From positions 1 through 54,831 of the forward strand of contig JBDLKA010000011.1 of NCBI GenBank assembly GCA_039714075.1: DNA of 54,831 bases. Reading direction: 5' to 3'. The notes under the pieces were generated by a model. That model was not told the origin of the DNA and did no database searches. It was given only the letters and a program-made list of their open reading frames with translations. Source of the DNA: Candidatus Krumholzibacteriota bacterium (GTDB lineage Bacteria; Krumholzibacteriota; Krumholzibacteriia; LZORAL124-64-63). Of this stretch, positions 8,967 to 19,022 are shown piece after piece. Made by a program: the position numbers and the translations under genes. Within the stretch, counting starts at the first letter, position 1; each line of letters begins with the position of its first letter.

Positions 8967-11741
8967 CTAGGCCCTGGTCAACTTGACGGCGCACTTCTTG
9001 AAGTCCGTCTCCTTGGAGATCGGGCAAGTTGCGTCCAGGCAGACCTTGTTGATGAGCACGCGTTCGTCGAAGAACGGCACCATCACCGTGCCCTTGGGCA
9101 TGGTGTTGCGGCCCCGCAGTTCGATGTGGGCCTTCACCCGGCCGCGGCGGCTCTCGATCCAGATCGCGTCGCCGTCGGCGAAGCCCTGGCCGGCGGCGTC
9201 GTCCTGGTTCATGAAACACACCGCTTCGGGAACGGCCCGGTACAGCTCGGGCACGCGCATGGTCATGGTGCCGGTGTGCCAGTGTTCGAGCACGCGGCCG
9301 GTCACCAGCCAGAACGGGTAGGTGCCGTCCGGCATCTCCGGCGGATCCATGTAGGGCCGGAAGAAGATCTTGGCCTTGTTGGCCAGCTTGACCTTGTCGC
9401 CCTTTTGCGGACCCTTCAGGTCTCCGGGAGGCATGGCCTTCAGGGCCGGCCCGTAGAAGGCGAACTTCTGGCCGGGGGCCTTCTGTGCCACGTAGGGATC
9501 GTAGTCGGCGTTGAAGCGCCACTCGGTTTCCTTGCCGTCGATGACCGGCCATTTGAGCCCCCGACACCCGTGGTAGGTGTCGAAGTCGGCCAGGTCATGC
9601 ATGTGTCCGACGCCGAACTGGCGGTATTCCTCCCACAGATACTTGTGCACGAAGAAACCGTAACCCTCGAAGCCGGCCACCTTGCGGCTGTCGCCTTCGG
9701 CCAGGGTGTTCAGCGAACCGGCGCCGACCGGATCGGGCCAGGCGTACTTCTGCGCATCGGCGTTGTTGAACAGGACGTCGAACAGGGTGTCGTCCGGCGA
9801 GTAACCCATCGCCTGGGCGTCGGCCAGCACGTCGGGCAGGGTCAGCTTGTCGGTGATCTTCTTGGCGCCCCACACTTCCTTCAGGGTGATGCGCTTGGAA
9901 AATTCGAAAGCCTGCCAGACATCGGGCATGGAGTCGCCGACGGGCGTGACCTGCTGCTTCCAGTGCTGGGTGCGGCGCTCCGCATTGCCATAAGCGCCCC
10001 ACTTTTCGAATATCATGGCGCTGGGCAGGATCAGGTCGGCCACCTTGGCGCTGACGGTGGGGTAGGCGTCCGAACAGACGATGAAGTTGTCCATCTCGCG
10101 CGCCGCCTTGATCCAGTGGTTGGCGTTGGCGGTGTTCTGCCAGGGGTTGCAGACCTGCACCCACGCCCACTTGATCTTGCCGTCCTCGATGTCCCGCAGC
10201 AGCTTGGTGTAGTGGCTGCCCGGCTTGCCGTTGAGGGTCTTGGCCGGCAGCTTCCACAGCTTTTCGCTGAACTCGCGGTGCTTGGGGTTGGCCACCACCA
10301 GGTCGGCGGGCAGCCGGTGGGCGAAGGTGCCCACTTCGCGGGCGGTGCCGCAGGCGCTGGGCTGGCCGGTCAGGCTGAAGGCGCCGTTGCCGGGCAGCGA
10401 CTGCTTGCCCAGCAGCAGGTGCACCATGTAGGCCTGCTCGTTGACCCAGCTGCCGCGCGTGTGCTGGTTCATGCCCATGGTCCAGTAGCTGACCACCTTG
10501 CGGTCCTTCTCCAGATAATAGTCGGCCAGGGCCTGGAGCTTCTTCTTGTAATCTTCGATCGATTCGTCCGGATCGCCCTTGGACAGCTCGGCCACGAAGT
10601 CGAGCGTGTAGGGTTCGAGACCCTTCTTGAACTCGTCGAAGCTGATGATCCAGTGCTTGGCCGCGCCCTTGGCGTTTTTCATCTCCAGGGTGTCGCCGGC
10701 CTTGTAGCCCTTGTAGGCCAGGGTCTTGCCCTCGGTTTCGCTGAGCACCTTGCTGAACTGCTTGTTCATGGTGTCCAGTTCGACCGCGGGATACTTGGGA
10801 TTGTTCTTGTCGCCCCGCATGCCGTAGCCCACATCGACATGCCCGGTGGCGAACACGGTGTTCTGTTCGACAAACTCCTTGTCCATGGCCTCGGGCCGGT
10901 TGTAGACGATCTCCCGGGCGATGTAATTCCAGATCGCCAGGTCGGTCTGCGGTTTGAAGATGATCTCCACGTCGGCCAGGTTGCTGCAGCGGTTGGTGTA
11001 GGTGGTCAGGTTGACGATCTTGACCCGGTCGGGGTTGCTGAGCTTCCGGTCGGTCACGCGGGACCACAGGATGGGGTGCATTTCGGCCATGTTGGCGCCC
11101 CACAGCACCGCGGTGTCGGTGTACTCGATGTCGTCGTAGTTGCCGGCCGGCTCGTCGATGCCGAAGGTCTGGATGAACCCGACCACGGCGCTGGCCATGC
11201 AGTGGCGCGCGTTGGGGTCGATGTTGTTGCTGCGGAAGCCGCCCTTGACCAGCTTGGCCATGGTGTAACCTTCGTGGACTGTGTACTGGCCCGAACCGAA
11301 CACGCCGATGCCCGTGGGCCCGAGCTCGCCGTAGGCGGCCTTGAACTGGTCGGCCATCACGTCGAAGGCCTGGTCCCAGCTGACGGGCTTGAACTTGCCC
11401 TTCTTGTCGAACTGGCCGGCGTCGTTGACGCGCAGCAGGGGCTGGGTAAGACGGTCCTTGCCGTACATGATCTTGGCGTTGAAATAACCCTTGATGCAGT
11501 TGAGCCCGCGGTTGACCGGCGCGGCGGGATCGCCCTTCACGGCGACGATCTTGTCACCCCTGGTGGCCAGCATCAGTCCGCAGCCGGTCCCGCAGAAGCG
11601 GCAGACCGACTTGTCCCACTTCCAGCCTTTTTCGGTCTCCTGGGCCTGGGCCATGGCCGAGGCCGGGATCTTCATGCTGATGGCGCCGGCGGCACTGACC
11701 GCGGCAGCCTGTTTGATGAAATCACGACGAGTGAGAGCCAT
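8967..11741 (-). CDS. napA: Periplasmic nitrate reductase catalytic subunit NapA (924 aa, large type)
   Basis: Tat [16 protein letters not shown]...C 4Fe-4S motif, Mo-ligand [26 protein letters not shown], terminal DFKKCAVK. Confidence 0.98.
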   Translation of the reverse strand: MALTRRDFIKQAAAVSAAGAISMKIPASAMAQAQETEKGWKWDKSVCRFCGTGCGLMLATRGDKIVAVKGDPAAPVNRGLNCIKGYFNAKIMYGKDRLTQPLLRVNDAGQFDKKGKFKPVSWDQAFDVMADQFKAAYGELGPTGIGVFGSGQYTVHEGYTMAKLVKGGFRSNNIDPNARHCMASAVVGFIQTFGIDEPAGNYDDIEYTDTAVLWGANMAEMHPILWSRVTDRKLSNPDRVKIVNLTTYTNRCSNLADVEIIFKPQTDLAIWNYIAREIVYNRPEAMDKEFVEQNTVFATGHVDVGYGMRGDKNNPKYPAVELDTMNKQFSKVLSETEGKTLAYKGYKAGDTLEMKNAKGAAKHWIISFDEFKKGLEPYTLDFVAELSKGDPDESIEDYKKKLQALADYYLEKDRKVVSYWTMGMNQHTRGSWVNEQAYMVHLLLGKQSLPGNGAFSLTGQPSACGTAREVGTFAHRLPADLVVANPKHREFSEKLWKLPAKTLNGKPGSHYTKLLRDIEDGKIKWAWVQVCNPWQNTANANHWIKAAREMDNFIVCSDAYPTVSAKVADLILPSAMIFEKWGAYGNAERRTQHWKQQVTPVGDSMPDVWQAFEFSKRITLKEVWGAKKITDKLTLPDVLADAQAMGYSPDDTLFDVLFNNADAQKYAWPDPVGAGSLNTLAEGDSRKVAGFEGYGFFVHKYLWEEYRQFGVGHMHDLADFDTYHGCRGLKWPVIDGKETEWRFNADYDPYVAQKAPGQKFAFYGPALKAMPPGDLKGPQKGDKVKLANKAKIFFRPYMDPPEMPDGTYPFWLVTGRVLEHWHTGTMTMRVPELYRAVPEAVCFMNQDDAAGQGFADGDAIWIESRRGRVKAHIELRGRNTMPKGTVMVPFFDERVLINKVCLDATCPISKETDFKKCAVKLTRA

Positions 11742-11859
11742 TGCAAACCTCTTTCCGCTGCAAGACGGGAAGCCCCGTGGCGCCGATTTACGAAGAGGTA
11801 CGGCGGCGGGTGATCCCCCAGATTCAATGTGTGAATTAAAACAGGGGAAAACCTGGATG

Positions 11860-11950
11860 TAAAGGTCCAAATTTAAAAAATAACAGGTTTATCTCTTTGT
11901 TGATCAATATGTTACGAATATTAATGTCAATAATGAATATCAATTTTATC
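11860..11950 (-). promoter_or_regulatory. AT-rich nap upstream region with TTGACA, an IHF-like site and FNR-like half sites
   Basis: Minus-strand TTGACA at 11930-11925; GATCAATATGTTA (11902-11914) is close to the IHF consensus; TTGAT/ATCAA half sites only, no full FNR box and no good -10. Confidence 0.35.
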
Positions 11951-12076
11951 TGGATTCATTGGAACAATTCCGGGCACTTTTCGAAAAATCGTTGTTAAAA
12001 TGCGGTGGCCCAAAGTCTTGCGGTTCGGCGATTCGCATTCTGAACTTGAAGAAGCTCTAATCCAAGGGATCGATGC

Positions 12077-12733
12077 ATGAAAAAGATCTGCCTGCCCGTC
12101 ATGCTTCTTTTTCTTTCCGGCTGTCTGAGTTCCACTCCCTTCCAGTCGGCCCGCGTGGTCGAGCCGGGGCAGCAGTCCGCTTCGGTCTCGTTGCAGAAAA
12201 GCGTCGACGCCAATGACCCCACGGATTTCGCCTGGTACATGATGGAATTCGCGGGGCGGATGCCGGTGGCCGATGGCCGGATGGATTTTTCGCTGGGCGG
12301 CGCGATCATGGTTTTGGAGGATGACGACGGCCTGAGTGGTGTCGGCGGCATGTTCGGCCTGGGCACGAAGGTCGAGCTTTGGCAGGACATCCTGGCGGTG
12401 GAATTGCCGGCGCGGGTGGTGTTTGCCGGCGAGTCGACCCTGCATACGACCCACCTCTACCCGCGCGCCATTCTTTCGGTGCCGGTAGCCGAACTGGTGG
12501 AGATAAACCTGTCCCACACGCGGTACCTGTTCATGGACAACGAGGGGTGGACTCCCTACGCCTTCTCGCTGGGGCTGGCCTTCGGACGCCAGGGCGGCGC
12601 CATTTTCCGGCCGGAAATCGGCATCCTGGTATTTCCGGAGGACAATGATATCCTGCAATTCGGAATCGGATACACTCCCGAAGCGAAAGCTCCTCCGCCA
12701 ACCCAAGGTTTCGAAAGGAACACCCCGTACTGA
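12077..12733 (+). CDS. Hypothetical lipoprotein, beta-strand rich
   Basis: MKK...FLSGC lipobox; AAGGGA RBS; amphipathic strands. Confidence 0.7.
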   Translation: MKKICLPVMLLFLSGCLSSTPFQSARVVEPGQQSASVSLQKSVDANDPTDFAWYMMEFAGRMPVADGRMDFSLGGAIMVLEDDDGLSGVGGMFGLGTKVELWQDILAVELPARVVFAGESTLHTTHLYPRAILSVPVAELVEINLSHTRYLFMDNEGWTPYAFSLGLAFGRQGGAIFRPEIGILVFPEDNDILQFGIGYTPEAKAPPPTQGFERNTPY

Positions 12734-12890
12734 TGCTGCGCTACCTGGAGGCCGTCTGGCACCCCAACCGCCAGGCGATCCATGACAAGATCGCCGGGAC
12801 GGTGATGGCCAGGGGGTAGGCAATGTCATTGGAAAAAAAGTTTGGAATATCATCGGAAGCCCATCTGGGAAATGGAATTAGTATGCGACA

Positions 12891-12920
12891 TTGACCGTTT
12901 TCCGCATATCGGAATACAAT
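12891..12920 (+). promoter_or_regulatory. Sigma70-like promoter upstream of the DUF2167 gene
   Basis: TTGACC-N18-TACAAT in an AT-rich intergenic stretch. Confidence 0.5.
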
Positions 12921-12980
12921 ATGCTACACGAAATTCGGTATCCCGTTGAGGTAACCATCCGAGTTTTTAAGGGGAATATC

Positions 12981-13850
12981 ATGCAGTTAATCAGAATAAT
13001 CATGCCCAAAAAAATGGTCCCAGTACTTGTTTCAGTTCTTTTGGCTTCGCTTGTCATCACCGGCGGAGCATTCGGTCAGGATGAAGAAGAACCTCTGAAT
13101 TGGGTCTATGGACCCGCCGTGTGCCAGTTGGGGTCCATAGCCCAGATCGAAATTCCCGAGGGATACCAGTTTGTCGACGGCGACGGCACACGGGTTCTCA
13201 TGGAGTGGCTGGAAAACCCCACCAATGGGCAGGAACTGGGTTTTGTCATGCCGGAAGTCGAGGAGGACGGGGCTCTCGACTGGTTTGTCGTCTTCGAATA
13301 CAACCCCATCGGGTTTGTCCGTGATGACGAGAAGGACAACCTGGATGCCGACGCCCTCATCAAGGGTATCAGCGAAGGCACCGAAGCGGCCAACGAAGTC
13401 AGGCGCCAAAACGGCTGGGAAGAATTCCACGTGAGCGGCTGGAAGATTCCGCCCTACTACGATATCGAAACCAACAATCTGAAATGGGCGATCCTCGGGT
13501 ACAGCAATTCGGGTGAATCCGTCAACTTTTCGACCCGTCTTTTGGGCCGGGGTGGCGCGATGAGCGCCGATCTGGTTCTCGGTCCGGAAATCCTTGATCA
13601 AGCGCTTCCCGACTACGAAAACCTGATCTCGGGGTTCAGTTTCACCACCGGGAACAGGTACGCCGAATTTCGCGAGGGCGACAAGGTGGCCAAGTACGGC
13701 CTGACCGCCCTGATCGCGGGCGGGGCCGGCGCCGTCGCGATGAAAACGGGTCTGCTGGCGCGGTTCTGGAAGTTCATCGTCGTCGGTGTTGTCGCGGTCA
13801 TCGGTTTCTTCCGGAAGCTGCTTGCCCGCCTGTTCGGACGCTCGGAATGA
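12981..13850 (+). CDS. DUF2167 family membrane-anchored protein
   Basis: GFVRDDEK, GWKIPPYYD, TRLLGRGG, GNRYAEFREGDKVAKYGLTALIAGG, C-terminal TM; AAGGGG RBS before ATG 12981. Confidence 0.88.
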   Translation: MQLIRIIMPKKMVPVLVSVLLASLVITGGAFGQDEEEPLNWVYGPAVCQLGSIAQIEIPEGYQFVDGDGTRVLMEWLENPTNGQELGFVMPEVEEDGALDWFVVFEYNPIGFVRDDEKDNLDADALIKGISEGTEAANEVRRQNGWEEFHVSGWKIPPYYDIETNNLKWAILGYSNSGESVNFSTRLLGRGGAMSADLVLGPEILDQALPDYENLISGFSFTTGNRYAEFREGDKVAKYGLTALIAGGAGAVAMKTGLLARFWKFIVVGVVAVIGFFRKLLARLFGRSE

Positions 13851-14756
13851 ATGAACGGACGGCAGGGTCCGGTTCAAATGACTGATTACCAGGTAATCGT
13901 TGGGGTCTGCCTGTTGGGGATTGTGGGGGAGGCTGTGCGGATAGTTCGTTCCGGACAGGCCCTGCTGACCTCGGGGGTGACGGGCAGATACCGCCTGAAA
14001 GCATCCCTCCTGTTGCGTGCCGGCGAACCATTCCATATCCATTTTGCCCCGATCCTGCCGTCGGGGCCCGCCTTCCGGGTGAGGGAACCCGGCAATCCCA
14101 AAGGGTCGCCGATGGCCGAGCTGCTGAGTGTCGAACGGGCGGGGAATCTCATCGACCCGGTCCTGCGGTCTTCCACTCCGGTGGTTTTCGGAAGTCAGTT
14201 GCTCCTGCTCTATCTTGCGGTTCTGGTGCCCCTGGTGTTGTTGGGAGGAATCATCCCCTTCGGGTGGGCCGTTCTGGGCGGAACGCTGGCGGTCATCCAG
14301 GCCTATCTCCTGGTGGCTTTCACTGTGGCCCACAGCCGTATTCACCCCGGCGCCCTCGGCAAACGCATCCAGCACCTTGTGACGATGTTGTTTTTCCCGC
14401 CGGCCGGGGTTTTCGCCGCCGACCACCTGGCCGCCGACGTGCTGGAGGATGTTCACCCCTTGGCCGCGGTCCTTCATATTTGCCCGGAGGAAGAGGCGCG
14501 CCGAATTGCGGGCGCGTATTTGAGAGCCTGGATGAATCCGGTCACGGGGGAAGACGATGACCGCTTCACCTCCTGTCTCGAGGCGGCCGGGGTTCTGGTG
14601 GACAGCCGGGGTTGGAACCAGGAAGAGATAGCTGGGCCGCCCCGACCCGAGGGCCCCGAAAGTGTGTCCTACTGCCCGCGTTGCCATACCCAATTCCTGG
14701 TCGACGGGGGGACTTGCCCGGACTGTCCTGGAGTTCTCAAGCGTACTCTTCCGTGA
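13851..14756 (+). CDS. Hypothetical membrane protein with C-terminal CxxC...CxxC zinc ribbon
   Basis: Several TM segments; YCPRC-x10-CPDC; true start may be ATG 13878. Confidence 0.65.
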   Translation: MNGRQGPVQMTDYQVIVGVCLLGIVGEAVRIVRSGQALLTSGVTGRYRLKASLLLRAGEPFHIHFAPILPSGPAFRVREPGNPKGSPMAELLSVERAGNLIDPVLRSSTPVVFGSQLLLLYLAVLVPLVLLGGIIPFGWAVLGGTLAVIQAYLLVAFTVAHSRIHPGALGKRIQHLVTMLFFPPAGVFAADHLAADVLEDVHPLAAVLHICPEEEARRIAGAYLRAWMNPVTGEDDDRFTSCLEAAGVLVDSRGWNQEEIAGPPRPEGPESVSYCPRCHTQFLVDGGTCPDCPGVLKRTLP

Positions 14757-14800
14757 TACACTTCCGTTTCAAACCCTGATTTAGAATCATACCTCCCGAA

Positions 14801-16108
14801 ATGGGGAACCCGCGAAAGGCCACCGTGGCGGAACAGACGCGCGTCCGAAAGTACTTCTTCCTGCACATGAGACCGAACCGGGTACCCGCGGCCACGCTGC
14901 GCTATACCCACACCTTTGGTCTGGGCGGCATGTCGGCGGTGCTGGCGGTCCTGTTGGTCCTGACCGGCGCCCTGATGATGCTGGCCTACGAGCCGACTCC
15001 CGGCCGTGCCCACGATTCGATCCTCGGCCTGCAGACCGAAACCCTCTTCGGGCCCCTGGTTCGCGGTCTTCATTTCTGGAGCGCCAACCTTCTGATTGCC
15101 GTGGCGCTGTTGCACATGCTGCGGGTCTTTTTCACCGGGGCGAAGGATGGACCCCGCAAGCTCAACTGGGTCATCGGTCTGACCCTGTTGGGGTGCGTGT
15201 TGGCCGCCAACTTCACCGGCTACCTTTTGCCCTGGGATCAGCTTTCGTACTGGGCGGTGACCATCTGTACCGGCATGCTCGGGTACGTGCCGGGCGTGGG
15301 CGGTTGGCTGCAGGAAGCGGTTCGCGGAGGCCGGGAGGTGGGACCGACCACGCTGATCATCTTCTATACGATCCACACCACGGTGGTGCCGGCAGCTATG
15401 GTCGTTCTCATGGGGTTTCATTTCTGGCGGATTCGCAAGGCGCGTGGAGTGGTCCTGCCGCGGCCGGCCGGAGAGTCCGCGCCGACCGATCCGGAGTTTG
15501 CCCGCGGCTGGCCGGATCTCATTCTGCGGGAACTGGCCGTGGGCACGGCGTTGATCGCGGTGGTGATGATGCTGGCGATCTTCGCCGGACCGGACCTGGG
15601 AACGCCCGCCAACCCCGGCATGAGCCCCAACCCGGCCAAGGCTCCGTGGTACTTCGTGGGCTTCCAGGAACTGCAGATCCACTTCCATCCCTTGTTCTCG
15701 GTCCTGGTCATTCCCCTGGCTGCGGTGGCGGGCCTGATCTGGTGGCCATATCGGCGCCGGGAAGCGGATCAGACGGGTGTCCTGTTCGGTTCGCCGGTGG
15801 GCAGGCGTACCGCGTTGATTGCCGCGCTGACCGGATTGATACTTACTCCGCTTTTGATCATCGCTGACGAGAAATGGCTGCAGCCCACCGCGTGGGCGCC
15901 GGCAGTTGTCGGCCATGGCCTGGTGCCTTTTCTGATCCTGGCCGCGGCGGTGGTGGGTTCCCATCAATTCCTGCGCAGGCGATTGAACGCCACGCGCGAG
16001 GATGCCGACCAGGCGGTGTTTGTTTTGCTGGCGACGGCTTTCACGATCATGACGATGACCGGTGTCTGGTTCCGCGGTGCGGGCATGGCCCTGGTCTGGC
16101 CCTGGTAG
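14801..16108 (+). CDS. Cytochrome b subunit of a Rieske/cyt b complex (b6-like part, subunit-IV-like part and extra TMs in one chain)
   Basis: Heme ligands in RGLHFW...LHMLRVF and IHTT...FHFW; TGYLLPWDQ; Qo-like KAPWYF. Confidence 0.92.
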   Translation: MGNPRKATVAEQTRVRKYFFLHMRPNRVPAATLRYTHTFGLGGMSAVLAVLLVLTGALMMLAYEPTPGRAHDSILGLQTETLFGPLVRGLHFWSANLLIAVALLHMLRVFFTGAKDGPRKLNWVIGLTLLGCVLAANFTGYLLPWDQLSYWAVTICTGMLGYVPGVGGWLQEAVRGGREVGPTTLIIFYTIHTTVVPAAMVVLMGFHFWRIRKARGVVLPRPAGESAPTDPEFARGWPDLILRELAVGTALIAVVMMLAIFAGPDLGTPANPGMSPNPAKAPWYFVGFQELQIHFHPLFSVLVIPLAAVAGLIWWPYRRREADQTGVLFGSPVGRRTALIAALTGLILTPLLIIADEKWLQPTAWAPAVVGHGLVPFLILAAAVVGSHQFLRRRLNATREDADQAVFVLLATAFTIMTMTGVWFRGAGMALVWPW

Positions 16109-16131
16109 TTTTTGAAATCGGGGAGTAGCGA

Positions 16132-16650
16132 GTGACCGAACTGGAATCCAGGAAAACCGAAACGAAGGATCCGGATCTTTCGCGGCGGGGATTTTTCCGC
16201 AAAGTCTGGCTGGTGTTGGGTGCCCTGGCCACCCTGCAGTTCCTGTGGATCGGCTTCGATATGCTGCGCCCGCGCAAGCGCAGGCGCCGGGAGGCCGCCG
16301 CGGGCGCGATCTACACCGCCGGTCCGGTGGAACGGTTCGAACCCGGCACGGTAACCGCATTCCCGGAGGGCCGGTTCTACCTGTCGCGTCTGCCGGACGG
16401 GGGTTTCCTGGCCCTGGGCCGCACCTGCACCCACCTGGGTTGCACGGTCCCCTGGATCGAGGAGGACCGGCGGTTTGCCTGCCCCTGCCACGCCTCGGTG
16501 TTCGATATCACCGGTGAGGTGCTGAGCCCGCCCGCCGACCGGGCCCTCGACATGTATGCCGTTCGCATCGAGAACGGAATCGTAAAGGTGGACCTTGGCC
16601 GGACAATCAAGCGGCGTGGATTCGAAACCGCGCAGGTCACCATGCCATGA
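16132..16650 (+). CDS. Rieske 2Fe-2S subunit
   Basis: Tat SRRGFF plus TM; CTHLGC and CPCHAS boxes; GTG start with GGGAG RBS. Confidence 0.93.
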   Translation: MTELESRKTETKDPDLSRRGFFRKVWLVLGALATLQFLWIGFDMLRPRKRRRREAAAGAIYTAGPVERFEPGTVTAFPEGRFYLSRLPDGGFLALGRTCTHLGCTVPWIEEDRRFACPCHASVFDITGEVLSPPADRALDMYAVRIENGIVKVDLGRTIKRRGFETAQVTMP

Positions 16651-18725
16651 GCAGGGATCTTCAAAGATGGCAGATTCTCGGCCTGGCGGCGCTGGCGGCG
16701 ATCGTTCTGCTGATTCCTGTGTATGTGTTACGGCAGGGTCGGGCGCCGGCGCCCCCGACCGTGGCCGGCGAGCCGACCTTCGTCGGCCGGAACGAATGCC
16801 GCTCCTGCCACGAAACCGAATTCCAGTCCTGGCTGAACAGCGATCACGACAAGGCCATGGACGTGGCGGCGGACAGCACCGTTCTGGGGGACTTCGACGA
16901 CGCGGTTTTTTCCGACAAGGGTGTCACTTCGCGCTTTTTCCGGCGGGACGGAAGGTTCTTCGTCCACACCGCGGGCCCCGGCGGAAAGATGGGCGACTTC
17001 GAAATCACCCACACCTTCGGGCACGAGCCCCTGCAGCAGTATCTGGTTCCGTTTCCCGGGGGCCGGTTCCAGTGCCTGACCATCGCCTGGGACACCGACG
17101 AGGGCCGGTGGTTCAATCTGTATCCGGATACGGAAATCCCTCATGACGACTGGCTGAGCTGGACCGGCGGCGGCCAGAACTGGAACGGGATGTGCGCCGA
17201 GTGCCATTCCACCGATCTTAAGAAGGGCTATGACCCGGATACGAAATCCTTCAACACGACCTGGTTCGAAATCGATGTCAGCTGCGAGGCCTGCCACGGT
17301 CCGGGGTCGGACCATGTGGAGTGGGCAAGGATTCAGCCCATGGCGCGTCCCGAGGTGGAGGAATACGGTTTGGCGGTGGCGACGGGGGACCTGGCAGTGG
17401 CGGAATTCGTCAACCTTTGCGCTCCTTGCCACGCCCGGCGGGTCATCCTGGGCGACTATGACCACGCCGATCCCCACCTGCTGGAAAACATGGTGCCCAC
17501 CACCCTCGACCAGGGACTGTACCACGCCGACGGGCAGATTCTCGAAGAGGTATACGTCTACGGTTCGTTCGTGCAGAGCAAGATGTTCGCCAACGACGTC
17601 AGCTGCCGGGATTGCCACGATTCGCACAGCCTGAAACTCAGGTTCGATGGCAACGATCTTTGTCTGCAGTGCCATCTGAGCGAGACGTACGACAGCTACG
17701 ACCATCACTTCCACAAGAAGGTTCACGAGGGCAAGCCCAGCGACGGGGCCCTGTGCGTGAAGTGCCACATGCCCGAACAACCCTACATGGTGATCGATGA
17801 ACGGGCCGACCACAGCCTGCGGGTACCGCGCCCGGATCTGAGTTTGACCACCGGCAGTCCCAACGCCTGCAACACGGCCGATTGTCACGGAGACAAGTCC
17901 GTCGCCTGGTCGGTGGAGCACTACGAAAAATGGTACGGGCTGGCCCGGAAGCCCCACTATGGCACCGCGCTGGCCGCCGGACGCGAGGGAACGCCCGCGG
18001 CGCGGGACGATTTGATACGGCTGGCGGGGGACATGCTTTATCCCGGGATGGTCCGGGCCACGGCGCTTTCCTTGCTGCCCAATTATCCCTCGCCCGAAAG
18101 CACGGCTGCATTCGCCCGTGCCCTGGCCGACGAAGACGCCCTGGTGCGCTACACGGCTGTGAACAACGCGTCGGCCGCCACCGGGCAGGAATTCGTGGAC
18201 CTGCTTGCGCCGCTGCTCTTCGATCCGGTTGGATCGGTGCGGATCATGGCGGCCTCGCGCCTCGCGGATGCCCCGGACGAAATGCTCAAGCCCTACCAGC
18301 AGGAAGCCCTGGCCAAGAGTCTGGCGGAATACGAAGAAGCCATGGCCTATTCCCTGGACTTCCCGTTTGCGGGATTCAACCTGGGCAACCTGTACGCACG
18401 CTTGGGGGACGCGGGGAAAGCGGAAGCGTTTTACCGCACGGCCATCGACATCGACGGGCTCTTCATTCCCGCCCGGGCCAACCTGGCCATCCTGTTGAAT
18501 TCCCTCGGCCGCAACGAGGAGGCCGAGGCCCAGTTTCGGGCGGCCCTGGACGCCGAACCCGAGGCTTATGACCTGGCTTATTCCCTGGGGTTGCTGCTGG
18601 GGGAGATGGGGAAATACGAAGAGGCGGAGAAGTACCTGGCCATCGCCGTGGCGGGCATGCCGGGGCATCCGCGGGCGGCGTACAATCTGGAGCAGGTCAG
18701 GGACTATCTTCGGGACAGGGAGTAG
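16647..18725 (+). CDS. Membrane-anchored multiheme cytochrome c with HEAT/TPR C-terminus
   Basis: N-terminal TM; seven CxxCH (CRSCH, CAECH, CEACH, CAPCH, CRDCH, CLQCH, CVKCH) plus CNTADCH; TPR-like repeats (FNLGNLY, ANLAILL, YSLGLLL); ATGA overlap with the Rieske gene. Confidence 0.9.
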   Translation: MSRDLQRWQILGLAALAAIVLLIPVYVLRQGRAPAPPTVAGEPTFVGRNECRSCHETEFQSWLNSDHDKAMDVAADSTVLGDFDDAVFSDKGVTSRFFRRDGRFFVHTAGPGGKMGDFEITHTFGHEPLQQYLVPFPGGRFQCLTIAWDTDEGRWFNLYPDTEIPHDDWLSWTGGGQNWNGMCAECHSTDLKKGYDPDTKSFNTTWFEIDVSCEACHGPGSDHVEWARIQPMARPEVEEYGLAVATGDLAVAEFVNLCAPCHARRVILGDYDHADPHLLENMVPTTLDQGLYHADGQILEEVYVYGSFVQSKMFANDVSCRDCHDSHSLKLRFDGNDLCLQCHLSETYDSYDHHFHKKVHEGKPSDGALCVKCHMPEQPYMVIDERADHSLRVPRPDLSLTTGSPNACNTADCHGDKSVAWSVEHYEKWYGLARKPHYGTALAAGREGTPAARDDLIRLAGDMLYPGMVRATALSLLPNYPSPESTAAFARALADEDALVRYTAVNNASAATGQEFVDLLAPLLFDPVGSVRIMAASRLADAPDEMLKPYQQEALAKSLAEYEEAMAYSLDFPFAGFNLGNLYARLGDAGKAEAFYRTAIDIDGLFIPARANLAILLNSLGRNEEAEAQFRAALDAEPEAYDLAYSLGLLLGEMGKYEEAEKYLAIAVAGMPGHPRAAYNLEQVRDYLRDRE

Positions 18726-18782
18726 GTGCCGAGGGGGGCGGTGTCGTACTTCCAGATGCGATGGGATCATGGATATCACTGC

Positions 18783-18807
18783 GAAAAGTGTCCCCGGGGG
18801 CACTTTC
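18783..18807. other. Inverted repeat after the multiheme gene (terminator-like or operator)
   Basis: GAAAAGTGTCCCC/GGGGGCACTTTC near-palindrome. Confidence 0.4.
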
Positions 18808-18942
18808 AGTCTCAGACCACAACAGATCCTGTGTAAAGCATTCGAGATGTCGGAAAAAGGCAAGTGCAGCGTAATGTCATGATTCATTCCTCGACGGAAA
18901 AAACCGGAAAGTAAAAATTTTGACCAAGAGTTTTCATCGCTA

Positions 18943-18971
18943 TTGTTCCCTGCCGCCCGGATCCGTATACT
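18943..18971 (+). promoter_or_regulatory. Sigma70-like promoter for the 19023 gene
   Basis: TTGTTC-N17-TATACT. Confidence 0.45.
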
Positions 18972-19022
18972 CATTGCAAGGCATATAGTTAAAACAGGGG
19001 CATATACTCGATCCAGGCAGGT

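Noticed and set aside
8769..11813. Very long antisense ORFs (also 19985..21958, 31826..34468, 48452..50914, 51032..53443, 40055..42364)
   Set aside because: Shadow frames of well-supported genes, expected with high GC3 codon usage; no motifs
11895..11945. Canonical FNR box upstream of napA
   Set aside because: Only half sites; no TTGAT-N4-ATCAA with acceptable mismatches
13845..13853. DUF2167 gene and the next ORF in frame, separated by a single TGA (same for ccoS/ccoNO at 34457)
   Set aside because: Each upstream protein ends at its normal family C-terminus, ccoNO has its own strong RBS, and no SECIS or Cys-equivalent position is evident; read-through is unsupported
14672..14690. CPRCH as a heme c site
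   Set aside because: It pairs with a downstream CPDC and fits a zinc ribbon better
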